The position numbers and the translations under genes are program-made. Of a stretch of DNA of 64,000 bases, positions 39,225-48,703 are shown in pieces. Location of the stretch: the NCBI GenBank assembly GCA_030612725.1, contig JAUWNJ010000010.1, forward strand, positions 32,837-96,836. The letters are read 5' to 3'. Position 1 is the first letter of the stretch, and each line of letters begins with the position of its first letter. The DNA comes from Planctomycetales bacterium. Lineage in GTDB: Bacteria > Planctomycetota > Phycisphaerae > SM23-33. The notes under the pieces were generated by a model. That model saw only the letters and a list, made by a program, of their open reading frames with translations. It ran no database searches and had not been told where the DNA came from.

Positions 39225-40238
39225 TCATTTTCCTCTGATTAGTCCTTTGAGGCCTTTTTCGTCCAGTGCGTCGGCGCATTTGGCGGCCGATTTTTCGATT
39301 GGATCGTCGCTGTCGAGTTTTTCGTTTATCAGGTCGCGGACCCGCTTGCGGTCGCCCCTGCCGGCGCAGGTCAATTTGACCATTCCCAGGCTAAGGATGG
39401 CTTCGACTCGTACAGCCCGATCAGCGTGGTTGGCTACGAGGTTGAAAATATCTCCGGGGTGAGGCCCGTTAGCGCCGCTTTCGGCGCGTGCGAATGTCCG
39501 CATGACATTGTCGAGGTCGGTATAGATGCTGCTCATGTCCCCCAGGCCTGCGCGGTACTCCCGGACCGCGTTGACGCGTTCGGGCTTGTTCCATTTTGCG
39601 TAGAGATGCCCCAGTAATTCGCAGGCGATTTTCTGCAAACCTATCCCGGTTCGCACGATGTCAAGCCTGGCCCGCTCGTCAATCAGATGTTGCCCCAGCG
39701 ACAGAACATCGAACATGCGCTTTTCGGCGGCGGGATAACTACCTTCGCCTTTGCCGATGTAGTGAGCGAACAGCATCCGAGGAGCATCCACGATGCTCTG
39801 AAACCGTTCGGCCTCAACCGGTCTGTCGTATGTAACTTTCATCTGTTCCGAGAAGTAAAATGACATATCTTTTTTGGCGGCGCCGGCGGCGATGGGCTTC
39901 GCGACGCTGTTCAACAAGGCTACATCGTCGTCCGTCAGACGATACTCGTCTTTCATTAAGGCGTAATAGTGTTTGAACATCGCCTGTATCGCCTCGGTGT
40001 TTTTATCGTAGGATTTCATCGCCTGCCTGTAATCATCGGCGGCGTTTCCCTCGCCGTCGGGCGCAGACGGCAGCAGGGTTGTCAACGGTTCGGAAGGCCT
40101 CTGAAGCTTCAACATCCCCGGCCCGGTCGTCGCTTGCGTCGGATCCGTCGGCGACGGAAAAAACAGCACCGTTACCAGCACGATAATTACAAACGCACCG
40201 AAAATACCCGCCAGAATCCAGCCAAGCCTGTTACCCAT
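39225..40238 (-). CDS. Hypothetical membrane-anchored protein
   Basis: N-terminal TM helix (ILAGIFGAFVIIVLVTVLFF). No family. Confidence 0.35.
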   Translation of the reverse strand: MGNRLGWILAGIFGAFVIIVLVTVLFFPSPTDPTQATTGPGMLKLQRPSEPLTTLLPSAPDGEGNAADDYRQAMKSYDKNTEAIQAMFKHYYALMKDEYRLTDDDVALLNSVAKPIAAGAAKKDMSFYFSEQMKVTYDRPVEAERFQSIVDAPRMLFAHYIGKGEGSYPAAEKRMFDVLSLGQHLIDERARLDIVRTGIGLQKIACELLGHLYAKWNKPERVNAVREYRAGLGDMSSIYTDLDNVMRTFARAESGANGPHPGDIFNLVANHADRAVRVEAILSLGMVKLTCAGRGDRKRVRDLINEKLDSDDPIEKSAAKCADALDEKGLKGLIRGK

Positions 40239-40298
40239 ATGTTATTCTCCTGTTCAATTGGCGATTGACAATCGGCAATTGACAATTTCATTTGTGGT

Positions 40299-43100
40299 TC
40301 ATTCTTTTATCGGCGTCAGGTACATGGTGCCGAGGTTTTCCGGGCTGTAGAAGTATCGCACCGCGCCGGCCCAGCTTGATGCTTCGGACTCGGCGGTTGC
40401 GAATCGCGTGAAATTGATTCCCCACAACGGTTCGGTCCCGTCCGGGCCGAAGGCTTTCAGCGGGATCGCCAATTCGACGACCCAGAGTTTTTTATCTTTG
40501 GCGACGGCGGAACGGACCCGTACAGGCCAGGGCTTGACTCTTGCCGGTTCCGCGCCGATACCGCGCTCGGCGAGGATCACGCCATTGCACTTTACCACGA
40601 GATGATACAAATCGGCGGCGCTTTTTGCCTTCCGGCCCGGATCGATAATCAGTTCCACCATGTCCTCACCGGCGGCGAGGAACTGCTCGTATCGGACGAT
40701 GTTATCGGCGCGGGCGTGGAGTCTGTCCATTTTCGGCTCGTCGCAGCGGAACGCCACGTACAGGTTTTTATCGTCGCGCGTAACAAAAGCGGATGTCCGG
40801 CGACGGGCAAGCCCTTTTCCGCCCCTGCCCCGTCGGCCCAGCACGATAAAGGCTCCGGCGGTATTTCCTGCTCGCAGCGGCCAATCGTCAAGATTCCCGT
40901 CAATGACAATCGCTTTGGCGACGGTTCCGGCCCGGATGAACGGAACGCAGGCGAGGAGGTCTTCGGTTCGGCCCGGGGTGGTGGTCATCGCCAGTGGGAT
41001 ATTTATTTTCGCGTCTGAACCCGTTGGGATACCGACGCCTTCGGCGGCAAGGGTCAGGACGGTAAGTTCGCTTCCTTTGAGTCGTTTTTGGATTCGGGCG
41101 GTTGTCGGTTTCCACCCTGCCGGAAGATCGGCGATTCGCAACTCCACATCAACCGGATTGGTCTGTTCGTTGTAAAGTTCCGCTCGGACAACAGCGGCGA
41201 AACGCCCGTGGCCAAGCATTTTCACGCGCGAACGAATCCGCTCGACACGAACCCGGCAGGTAAGTTGGCGAAGTTGTTTCCAGGCGAGTTGTTCGGACAG
41301 GAGTTGGCGACGGGAAACATTTTCAGGATGGACGGCCGAAAGGACTTCTTCGGCGAGGAGTCTTCGGGCGGATGTCCAGACTTCGCCGTCGGCGACCCAT
41401 CCGCGAAATCTCGCGTCGAGGTGATGGTCCCCGGCTGCGTCCAGGCAGGCATAATGGACCATTGTATCGATCATTACCCGCGCGACGGCGGCTCTTTGCC
41501 TTTGTCGCAGCAACCAGAGATAGGCGACATCCTGCAAACCCCGACGGAGGCGCTTGAGGCGAACCGAAGGAAAAACCGTATCGCCGTCAGAGGTCTTACC
41601 CGGATAAAACAAGCGGTCTTCGTTACCGGCCTGCTTTGACCAGTTGAGCACTTCGGGTATGAAGACGCCGGGGCAGTCGTATTTCATCGCTATCCATGCC
41701 AATGCGCGAACGTCGGCGGGCGAACTCAACACGCCGCATCCGCCCAGGTACGGAGGCCTGCCCGGACGAAGCCAGAGACCGGCCAAACGGTGGCTTCGGG
41801 CGAGTCGTTTCGCATCGGATGGGTTAACCATATGCGCCGGTGGCGCGTACATATCGGCCAACGATGCAAAATCCTTCGGAGGGTTCCCAAAACGTAGCAC
41901 GGGCGGGACGCCCGTGTTACGTAGCATGGGCGGGACGCCCGTGTTACGCCGAGCCGGTGGAAGTTCGGTCAAAATCGGCGTTTCAGGTCCGGTCAAACGA
42001 ACCAGACGCGCAAGAGATGAATAACGCTCATAAGCCCGTTGCCCGCTCGAATCGGACCTCGGCCAGACGAACAGGCGGTCGCCGAACCCGATGCTCTTGA
42101 AATGCTCGACCGTCCCAGCCAGAACAGCCCCGGCGGTCTTGCGATAGGCATCCGCAGCGATCCCGCCGTAATTCGCCGGTTCAGGCCAGCCGGTACGGAA
42201 TGGCGCAGGCCAGGCCGATACGCCGACGCGGTCGTCAAAGGCCGAGCCGTCGAGGTATGGCTTGACGATGTTGTCGTAATCATCCCACCGAAGCGCCACC
42301 GCTCCGGACATGTCACGTTTAATGGTCGGATGGATGGACTTATCGAACAGGTCCACGCGATGCTCGTGCGCCAGACGCATCAATCGGCGGATAACAGTCA
42401 GGCCCGCGCGGACATCCTCTTTCGCCGCGTCGAGACGGACGGGAACTGCTCCGCCAAAGGTTGAAAAAATCGTCTCGTAACCAAATCCGCCCATGCACGC
42501 GACCGGCTTGGCGTCGGGAAGGACGAAGTCGTACACCTTCAGCGCCACCTTCGCTCGCGTCAGGCCTCGGCTCGACGAGGCCGTAATTGCGCCGACGTAA
42601 TCGCCCGGAAGCCTGTCACGCCGGACGGCTACATCCACCCAGACCGCCAGCCGCTCGCCGGGACCGACGTCAAACGAATCGGACGGCTTCATCGGTTGCA
42701 ACGCGTCGTAGAACCTTACCGGCCTGACGGGTGCGTCGGTCAGGAGGAGATACCATGCCGGATAACGCTCAATCGCCACAGGCAGCATTCGGAACAATTT
42801 AACGTTCTCGACGCCGATCTTCCGCCCGCCGAAGCCGGTAAGCGGGCTGACGGACAGTTTTACTTCTTCAAGCCCGTCGGCAGGAGCGTCCAGAACCAAC
42901 TGAAAACTGACCGTTTCGTTGGCGGCTGAAAAGAGATTGACGCTCCGCGAATCAGCGTCCCATACACTGCTGACCCTGGACGCCTGCGTCTGCTCGGTCA
43001 GGTGTACCATGTCCCCCGCCACCCAGAGGTGCCCCGGGCCGGGCCGACCACAGCCGGCGAGGCTCAGGCACGCAATCAATAATGTCAGTCGTCGCAACAC
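40299..43100 (-). CDS. Large (933 aa) hypothetical lipoprotein
   Basis: Signal peptide plus lipobox (LSLAGC). Contains an internal in-frame tandem duplication caused by a 27-nt palindromic element. Confidence 0.45.
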   Translation of the reverse strand: MLRRLTLLIACLSLAGCGRPGPGHLWVAGDMVHLTEQTQASRVSSVWDADSRSVNLFSAANETVSFQLVLDAPADGLEEVKLSVSPLTGFGGRKIGVENVKLFRMLPVAIERYPAWYLLLTDAPVRPVRFYDALQPMKPSDSFDVGPGERLAVWVDVAVRRDRLPGDYVGAITASSSRGLTRAKVALKVYDFVLPDAKPVACMGGFGYETIFSTFGGAVPVRLDAAKEDVRAGLTVIRRLMRLAHEHRVDLFDKSIHPTIKRDMSGAVALRWDDYDNIVKPYLDGSAFDDRVGVSAWPAPFRTGWPEPANYGGIAADAYRKTAGAVLAGTVEHFKSIGFGDRLFVWPRSDSSGQRAYERYSSLARLVRLTGPETPILTELPPARRNTGVPPMLRNTGVPPVLRFGNPPKDFASLADMYAPPAHMVNPSDAKRLARSHRLAGLWLRPGRPPYLGGCGVLSSPADVRALAWIAMKYDCPGVFIPEVLNWSKQAGNEDRLFYPGKTSDGDTVFPSVRLKRLRRGLQDVAYLWLLRQRQRAAVARVMIDTMVHYACLDAAGDHHLDARFRGWVADGEVWTSARRLLAEEVLSAVHPENVSRRQLLSEQLAWKQLRQLTCRVRVERIRSRVKMLGHGRFAAVVRAELYNEQTNPVDVELRIADLPAGWKPTTARIQKRLKGSELTVLTLAAEGVGIPTGSDAKINIPLAMTTTPGRTEDLLACVPFIRAGTVAKAIVIDGNLDDWPLRAGNTAGAFIVLGRRGRGGKGLARRRTSAFVTRDDKNLYVAFRCDEPKMDRLHARADNIVRYEQFLAAGEDMVELIIDPGRKAKSAADLYHLVVKCNGVILAERGIGAEPARVKPWPVRVRSAVAKDKKLWVVELAIPLKAFGPDGTEPLWGINFTRFATAESEASSWAGAVRYFYSPENLGTMYLTPIKE
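41892..41947. repeat. Tandem 2x 27-nt palindromic element (acgtagcaYgggcgggacgcccgtgtt) inside coding sequence
   Basis: Two adjacent copies give the peptide repeat RNTGVPPMLRNTGVPPVL in the minus-strand ORF. It belongs to the same family as the hairpins at 424-447 and 22577-22598. Confidence 0.55.
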
Positions 43101-43152
43101 AGACCCTGGATTGTACCGGGTCAGGCCCGGAAAATAAAACGGCAGGGAAGAA

Positions 43153-43302
43153 TTGGTTGACTGGATTATCTGGTTGACTGGTTGACTGGTTGATTGGTTG
43201 ATTGGTTGACTGGTTGATTGGTTGACTGGTTGATTGGTGAATCGGTTTTGCTTTTCGTTTCTGTTGTTGCCTAAACCCTATTCCCTAGTCCCAAGTCCCT
43301 AT
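43153..43302. repeat. Composite repeat array (left): about 11 tandem 8-nt units ggttgaYt, followed by a ctaaaccctattccctagtcccaagtccctatc block
   Basis: Read directly. It is the reverse-complement counterpart of the array at 52447-52591. Confidence 0.6.
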
Positions 43303-43307
43303 CTTTT

Positions 43308-43583
43308 TCACACATCCCCGTTTTTGGCGATTGCCTCATCTTCGTAAGGCCCCAGCAGCCTGCGGTAGCACTCCAACTGACAACAGGTCAGCACGCCGCC
43401 GATGAAATCCTGAGCGCGCGAATACCGCATTCCCTTTTCCTCCAGGTATCGCTTGATAATCGAATAGATAATGTAATTGAGATGCCCCTTGGCGGCATCG
43501 TCGTTCAGGGCGGACAACTTCGCAACGACATCCCCAATGGCCTGTTCGTATTGACCCCTGTCTTCTTGTGGTATGTACGGCAT
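43308..43583 (-). CDS. Small hypothetical protein (about 91 aa)
   Basis: ORF with a gggagg RBS 7 nt upstream of the MPYIP start. Lower GC. No family. Confidence 0.35.
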   Translation of the reverse strand: MPYIPQEDRGQYEQAIGDVVAKLSALNDDAAKGHLNYIIYSIIKRYLEEKGMRYSRAQDFIGGVLTCCQLECYRRLLGPYEDEAIAKNGDV

Positions 43584-43634
43584 CAATCTGCCTCCCATCT
43601 ATCCGTCCGTGATGCATATCCCGTTATTTAAGGA

Positions 43635-43686
43635 AACTATAATAACCGAATCGTTATTATAGTTTTTCGCCAAAAACTATAATAAC
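43635..43686. promoter_or_regulatory. Operator-like perfect palindrome AACTATAATAAC-N6-GTTATTATAGTT plus a third half-site, upstream of the small gene 43308..43583
   Basis: aactataataac at 43635-43646, gttattatagtt at 43653-43664, aactataataac again at 43675-43686. AT-rich, about 50-100 nt upstream of the minus-strand start codon. Confidence 0.5.
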
Positions 43687-43708
43687 AAAGAATGCCCACG
43701 ATTACCCG

Positions 43709-44731
43709 TTACCGTAAGTTTGAAATCTCGATGAGTTTTTCCAGTGCTTTGGCGGCTTTTCCTGAATCGATTGACTCGGAGGCCGGGGCGATACCGGCGG
43801 CGATGGAATCGACCCTGTCTGCGACGACCAGGGCGGCTGCGGCGTTGAGAACGACAATGTCGCGGTCTGGACCGGTCTTGCCGGCGAGGACGGCGCGGGT
43901 TCGCTCGGACGATTCTTCCGCCGATTTTACCGATAAGTCCGCCATAGTCGCTCTGGCAAGGGAAAAATCTTCAGGCTGGACGGTGAAGGTGGTGATTTCG
44001 CCGTCTTTCAGTTCGGCGATGCGCGTCGGACTGGTGATGGAGATTTCGTCCAGCCCGTCGTCTGCGTGAACGACCATCGCCCGTTGCGAACCGAGGGCCT
44101 TGAGAACCTCGGCGATTGTCTCGATGAGAGCGCCGTCGAAGACGCCCATGAGTTGCCTCTTCGCCCCGGCTGGGTTTGTCAGGGGTCCGAGAACGTTGAA
44201 GATCGTTCGGATGCCGAGCGCTTTGCGAACCGGAACGGCGTATTTCATTGCGGGGTGATGTTTGACGGCGAAGCAGAATCCAATGTTGGCCTCGGCGAGG
44301 CATCGGGCGACTGTTTTCTCATCGGCGTCGATGTTAACGCCGAGCGCCGCCAGCACGTCGGCCGATCCGCTGGCGCGGGTGTGCGTGCGGTTTCCGTGCT
44401 TGGCGACGGTTACTCCCGCTCCGGCGGCGACCAGGGCGGCGGCCGTTGAGACATTCAGCGTACTCATCCCCGTCCCGCCGGTGCCGCAGGTGTCGATAAC
44501 GTCCAGCCCGCCGGTGTCGATCTTCACCGATTGGGCGCGCATGGCAGTGGCCGCTCCTGTAATCTCCGCGACGCTCTCGCCGCGCGTCGCCATCGCCACC
44601 AGCAGGCCTGCAATCTGCGCCTCGCTCCACGCGCCGCTCATTATCTGCCCGAAGGCGTCTCTCGCCTGCTCGCGGGTCAAACCTTCGCCCATCGCAGCGC
44701 GAAGAACCTCTCTGTATTCCATCTCTGACAT
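43709..44731 (-). CDS. trpD: Anthranilate phosphoribosyltransferase
   Basis: DTCGTGGTGMSTLNVSTAAALVAAGAGVTVAKHGNR and downstream TrpD motifs. The internal MSEMEYREVL start is preferred. Confidence 0.8.
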   Translation of the reverse strand: MSEMEYREVLRAAMGEGLTREQARDAFGQIMSGAWSEAQIAGLLVAMATRGESVAEITGAATAMRAQSVKIDTGGLDVIDTCGTGGTGMSTLNVSTAAALVAAGAGVTVAKHGNRTHTRASGSADVLAALGVNIDADEKTVARCLAEANIGFCFAVKHHPAMKYAVPVRKALGIRTIFNVLGPLTNPAGAKRQLMGVFDGALIETIAEVLKALGSQRAMVVHADDGLDEISITSPTRIAELKDGEITTFTVQPEDFSLARATMADLSVKSAEESSERTRAVLAGKTGPDRDIVVLNAAAALVVADRVDSIAAGIAPASESIDSGKAAKALEKLIEISNLR

Positions 44732-44822
44732 GATATTTTCCTCATTGCGTTGAAGAATCTTCTGTTGTCTGAACGGTACATTGTGAATTATAGTCTTCAC
44801 TCCATTTGGAGCAACTGTATCT

Positions 44823-46328
44823 ATGTTGGAATTTCGACTTTTGGTTATCGCCGATTCGCACTACGCCTCGTGTGGCGACGACGTTGTCTCAGGCCCGAGC
44901 CGCCGATGCGACCTGGGATGCGAGATTGTCCGACGGGCTATTGTCGATGCCGACCGACGGGGCGGATTCGACGCTATCGCCCTGATGGGCGACCTGATAG
45001 ACAACGGTAATTCGCCGCGGGCGATGGAAGATTTGCTGGCGGTGCGTGATGTGGTCCGTGCCGCTGCGCCGGATACTCCGCTGCTGGTGGTTCCCGGAAA
45101 CCACGACGGAGACCCGCAACGCCTGCTGGATATATTCGAGCATCGTTGTGGCCTGCATAAAATAGGGCCATACCGCTTCATTACATTCGCCGATTCATAC
45201 GTCAATGACCGGATATGCACTCGCAACGAAGCGGATCGGCGACTGATGATGGATGAGTCCGCCCAGGCCGGTCCGCCGATTATCGTCCTCCAGCACAACC
45301 CGATGAACCCGGTTATCGTCAAGGACGAATATCCGTTTATGTTGACCAATCGGACGGAGGTAATGGCCGATTACGCTGAAGCAGGCGTCGTGCTGTCGAT
45401 AAGCGGGCATTACCATACGGGCCAGGCTTTAAATGTCGCCGACGGCGTGCGATATTTCACAGCCCCCGCCGTCTGCGAGGCTCCGTTCCGCTACGCGATG
45501 ATTACGCTGCGAGAGCGGGACATGGACGTCGAACTCCGCCCGCTGGCAGCCGAGGCCGAACCGGCAATTATCGACTGCCACGCACATACCGAATTCGCAT
45601 ATTGCGGTACGGACATCACCGCCGAGGGCGCTATCGCCCGCGCTCGCATCTTCGGCCTGGCCGGACAGTGCCTCACCGAACACGCCGGACAACTCTATTG
45701 CAACCAAGATGACTTCTGGACCGCTCGCCATATTCGAGAGCCGGCTGTGTGGCGCAGCGGGGAAAACTCCCGAATGGCGGAGTTCCGCGAGAAAATGCTC
45801 CCGCTGCGGGACGACTTCGTTCGCGTCGGGCTGGAGGTCGGACTTGATGCGGACGGAAAACTTACCATCCGCGACGAAGACCGCGATTGGCCTGACCTGC
45901 TCATCGGGGCTGTGCACTGGATACCCGAAGACCCCGACGAATTGAACGACGCGCAGTTGGCCGACGCATTCATGCGGGCGTCGAGAGGCCTGGCCGAATC
46001 AGGCGTGGACATCCTGGCTCATCCCTGGCGGTTCTTCCGTCGGGAAAAGCGCCCCACGCCGAAGGAACTCTACGGCGACCTCGCCGACGTATTGGCGGCC
46101 ACCGATACCGCCGCCGAGATAAACTTCCACACGAATCAGCCGGACCCGGTCTTCATTGCCGAGTGCATCGCACGCGGCGTGAAAATCTCCTTTGCCTCCG
46201 ACGCCCACGCAATGTACGAACCCGGCGGCCTCACCGCGCACCTGGCGCTGCTGCGCCAAGCGGCAGGACGCGACGACATCGCCGATTTGTTATTCTATCC
46301 GCCTGCGCACCAACAACCCGGTTATTGA
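44823..46328 (+). CDS. Calcineurin-like metallophosphoesterase domain fused to a C-terminal PHP (polymerase/histidinol-phosphatase-like) domain
   Basis: GDLIDNG ... VVPGNHDG metallophosphoesterase motifs, then IDCHAHTEFAYCGTDI, a PHP-like HxH start. Confidence 0.55.
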   Translation: MLEFRLLVIADSHYASCGDDVVSGPSRRCDLGCEIVRRAIVDADRRGGFDAIALMGDLIDNGNSPRAMEDLLAVRDVVRAAAPDTPLLVVPGNHDGDPQRLLDIFEHRCGLHKIGPYRFITFADSYVNDRICTRNEADRRLMMDESAQAGPPIIVLQHNPMNPVIVKDEYPFMLTNRTEVMADYAEAGVVLSISGHYHTGQALNVADGVRYFTAPAVCEAPFRYAMITLRERDMDVELRPLAAEAEPAIIDCHAHTEFAYCGTDITAEGAIARARIFGLAGQCLTEHAGQLYCNQDDFWTARHIREPAVWRSGENSRMAEFREKMLPLRDDFVRVGLEVGLDADGKLTIRDEDRDWPDLLIGAVHWIPEDPDELNDAQLADAFMRASRGLAESGVDILAHPWRFFRREKRPTPKELYGDLADVLAATDTAAEINFHTNQPDPVFIAECIARGVKISFASDAHAMYEPGGLTAHLALLRQAAGRDDIADLLFYPPAHQQPGY

Positions 46329-46503
46329 TAAAGGTGCAAATAATGCCCGTCTCTAAAGCCGATAGATGAGCGACGCGAAGCGCCCCTTCGGGAAGCGAAT
46401 CCGTCGGAAACGAAAATAAACTCGAAAGATTCCGAAAAATCGCCGAAAGTAAAAATACCTGCTTGAAAACTCGCCGGGTTGCGGCGAAGATGAACGGGTA
46501 TGT

Positions 46504-46577
<74 letters not shown>

Positions 46578-46667
46578 ATGTTTGACCTGCCGGGTTTTTT
46601 CTTGACGAACCTGTCGGGTTTGGGATAAAAACTCGGTAGGTTTGTGTAATTAACGATACAAAGGAGC

Positions 46668-46802
46668 ATGGTAATGATCGATCTGAGTATGTTGGCCGCC
46701 GATAGCGGCGAGTATTTCAACTGGAAGATTCAGCTGCCCCTGCTGGCGGTACTGGTCGGCGTGATTGTCTTCTGGCTGTGGTATCGCAAGAAGCAGATGT
46801 AA
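46668..46802 (+). CDS. Possible small membrane peptide (44 aa), not in the ORF track
   Basis: aaggag RBS at 46661-46666, then ATG; it encodes MVMIDLSMLAADSGEYFNWKIQLPLLAVLVGVIVFWLWYRKKQM with one TM helix. A perfect 10-bp hairpin follows at 46852-46881. Confidence 0.3.
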   Translation: MVMIDLSMLAADSGEYFNWKIQLPLLAVLVGVIVFWLWYRKKQM

Positions 46803-46851
46803 TTCGCGCCCGTTCTATTTCTCCTCGCGCCGCCGCCTAAGGTGTCAGCAA

Positions 46852-46881
46852 CCTCGTATGCTTTAGGCTTTGCATACGAGG
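46852..46881 (+). terminator. Perfect 10-bp hairpin cctcgtatgc-N10-gcatacgagg followed by a T-rich stretch
   Basis: Read directly. Lies downstream of the small ORF and upstream of holA. Confidence 0.35.
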
Positions 46882-46925
46882 TTTGTTCTATGCGAGTTTC
46901 AAAGCAGCCATTGCGACTCGGGTGA

Positions 46926-47852
46926 GTTCGCGGGAGGTTTCGCATCCCTCATTCACCAGACAGGTCCGTCTTCGTCCTGCACGGCCAGGACGCATTCCTG
47001 CACCAGAAGCGGTGCGCCGAACTCATTAACCAACTAACCGGGCCGGACGACGCAAACCTCGCCGTTGCGAAATTCGACGCCGACGCCGAACTCGCCGACG
47101 TGATGGACGAGTTGCGGACTGCCCCGCTTCTGGCAGGACGACGAATCGTAATCGTCCGCGATTCCGACGCCTTCGTTATCGAACACGCCGCAACACTGGC
47201 GAAATACCTCGCCGCACCTGCCGGCACAGGAACGCTGATCCTTTTGGTCAATTCCTGGCCTCCGAAAACGCAGCGCAAAGATTCAGATACAATCGCCGCC
47301 ATCAAGGCATTGACCAAAATTGTCGGTAAGGTCGGTGAATTGACAAACTGCTCCGCGCCGTCGTCGGCCGCGCTTCCGAAGTGGATTTCCCAGGCCGCCG
47401 AAGCGCACGGTAAAAATATGGCTCCGCAGGCAGCGCGAATGCTGGCGGAATGGATCGGAGCCGACCTGGCCCGGCTCAACGGTGAAATCGAAAAACTCGT
47501 CCTTTACGTCGGCGACCGGAAGGGAATCTCCTCTGCGGACGTCTCCGCCGTCGCCGTCGCCACGGGCGGATATAAACCGTTCGCGCTGACGAACGCCATC
47601 GGGCGACGCGACACGCGCAAGGCGCTGACAATACTGGCGGAAATGCTCACCAGCCGGGGCGAAGAAATCAAAACGCTCGGAATGTTGGCATGGCATGTGC
47701 GAAAAATGCTCGCCAAGGCAGGCCGGAATACCGCCGCAGCCGCAAAAATGCGACGCGACACCAGAAAACTACTCGCCGCAGACCTCGCCATCAAATCCGG
47801 CGCAGACTCTGCCACCACAATGCAACTGCTCGTAATGGACTTGTGTAGCTGA
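46926..47852 (+). CDS. holA: DNA polymerase III delta subunit
   Basis: C-terminal HolA pattern (YKPFALTNAIGRRDTRKALTILAEML). The N-terminal HolA-like region (VFVLHGQDAFLHQKRCAELINQL) is in-frame upstream of the first GTG (47100), but no canonical start codon lies between the in-frame TGA at 46923 and 47100. Confidence 0.5.
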   Translation, partial: VRGRFRIPHSPDRSVFVLHGQDAFLHQKRCAELINQLTGPDDANLAVAKFDADAELADVMDELRTAPLLAGRRIVIVRDSDAFVIEHAATLAKYLAAPAGTGTLILLVNSWPPKTQRKDSDTIAAIKALTKIVGKVGELTNCSAPSSAALPKWISQAAEAHGKNMAPQAARMLAEWIGADLARLNGEIEKLVLYVGDRKGISSADVSAVAVATGGYKPFALTNAIGRRDTRKALTILAEMLTSRGEEIKTLGMLAWHVRKMLAKAGRNTAAAAKMRRDTRKLLAADLAIKSGADSATTMQLLVMDLCS

Positions 47853-47875
47853 ACGAAAAGCAACTGGAGAAGAGC

Positions 47876-48703
47876 ATGAGTATTATCAAGATCGCGCTGG
47901 CGCAGGTATCGGCGACGGACAACAGAGAAGAAAACCTCCAAAAAGCCTTCAGCCTCATGGAGCAGGCGAAAGACCAGGACGCCTCAATCATCTGCTTCCC
48001 CGAAATGGCCTTCGACCCGTTCTTTCCGCGAGTCCGCACCGACAAGCGATATTTCGACCTGGCCGAACCGATTCCCGGACCGATGGTCGAGAAGTTTCAG
48101 GAAAAGGCAAAGCAGCTATCCCTGGCCACCGTCATAAATATGTACGAACTGGCTGCGCCGGGAGAATACTACGATTGCTCGCCGGTGATAGACGCCGACG
48201 GCGCCCTGCTTGGCATCAGCCGGATGATGCACATCGCCGAACTACCCAATTACAACGAAAAATTCTACTATTGGGAAGGCAACACGGGCTTTCCGGTTTT
48301 CCAGGCGGGCGGCGCGAAGATCGGGATCGCCATCTGCTATGACCGCCACTTCCCCGAACAGATGCGGGCGCTGACGCTCGGCGGAGCGGAGATTATCCTC
48401 GTCCCGACCGCCACGTCCACGCCGGCGCTAAAGCACATCTGGCACGTCGAGATGCAGGCGGCCTCAATAGCAAACCAGGTGTTCGTAGCATTGAACAACC
48501 GGGCGGGAACCGAGGGCGAAATGACCTTCTTCGGAAGGAGTTTCGTCGTCAACCCGCGCGGCGAGGTTATCGCGCAGGCCAAGGAAAACGAAGAAGACCT
48601 GCTGGTGGTCGAACTGGACCTCTCGCTTATCGAGCAGACCCGACGGGACTTACCATTCCTCCGCGACCGCAGACCCGACGCCTATGGCCCGCTGATTGAG
48701 TAG
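47876..48703 (+). CDS. Carbon-nitrogen hydrolase (nitrilase superfamily)
   Basis: IALAQV...ICFPEMAF... and the Glu/Lys/Cys arrangement (GIAICYDRHFPE) typical of CN hydrolases. Confidence 0.75.
   Translation: MSIIKIALAQVSATDNREENLQKAFSLMEQAKDQDASIICFPEMAFDPFFPRVRTDKRYFDLAEPIPGPMVEKFQEKAKQLSLATVINMYELAAPGEYYDCSPVIDADGALLGISRMMHIAELPNYNEKFYYWEGNTGFPVFQAGGAKIGIAICYDRHFPEQMRALTLGGAEIILVPTATSTPALKHIWHVEMQAASIANQVFVALNNRAGTEGEMTFFGRSFVVNPRGEVIAQAKENEEDLLVVELDLSLIEQTRRDLPFLRDRRPDAYGPLIE

Noticed and set aside
43153-43240. ggttgactgg-type tandem arrays (and the 52549-52591 counterpart) as possible CRISPR arrays
   Set aside because: Units are only about 8 nt and contiguous, with no unique spacers of 25-40 nt and no cas genes nearby. 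These are microsatellite-like tandem repeats, not CRISPR.
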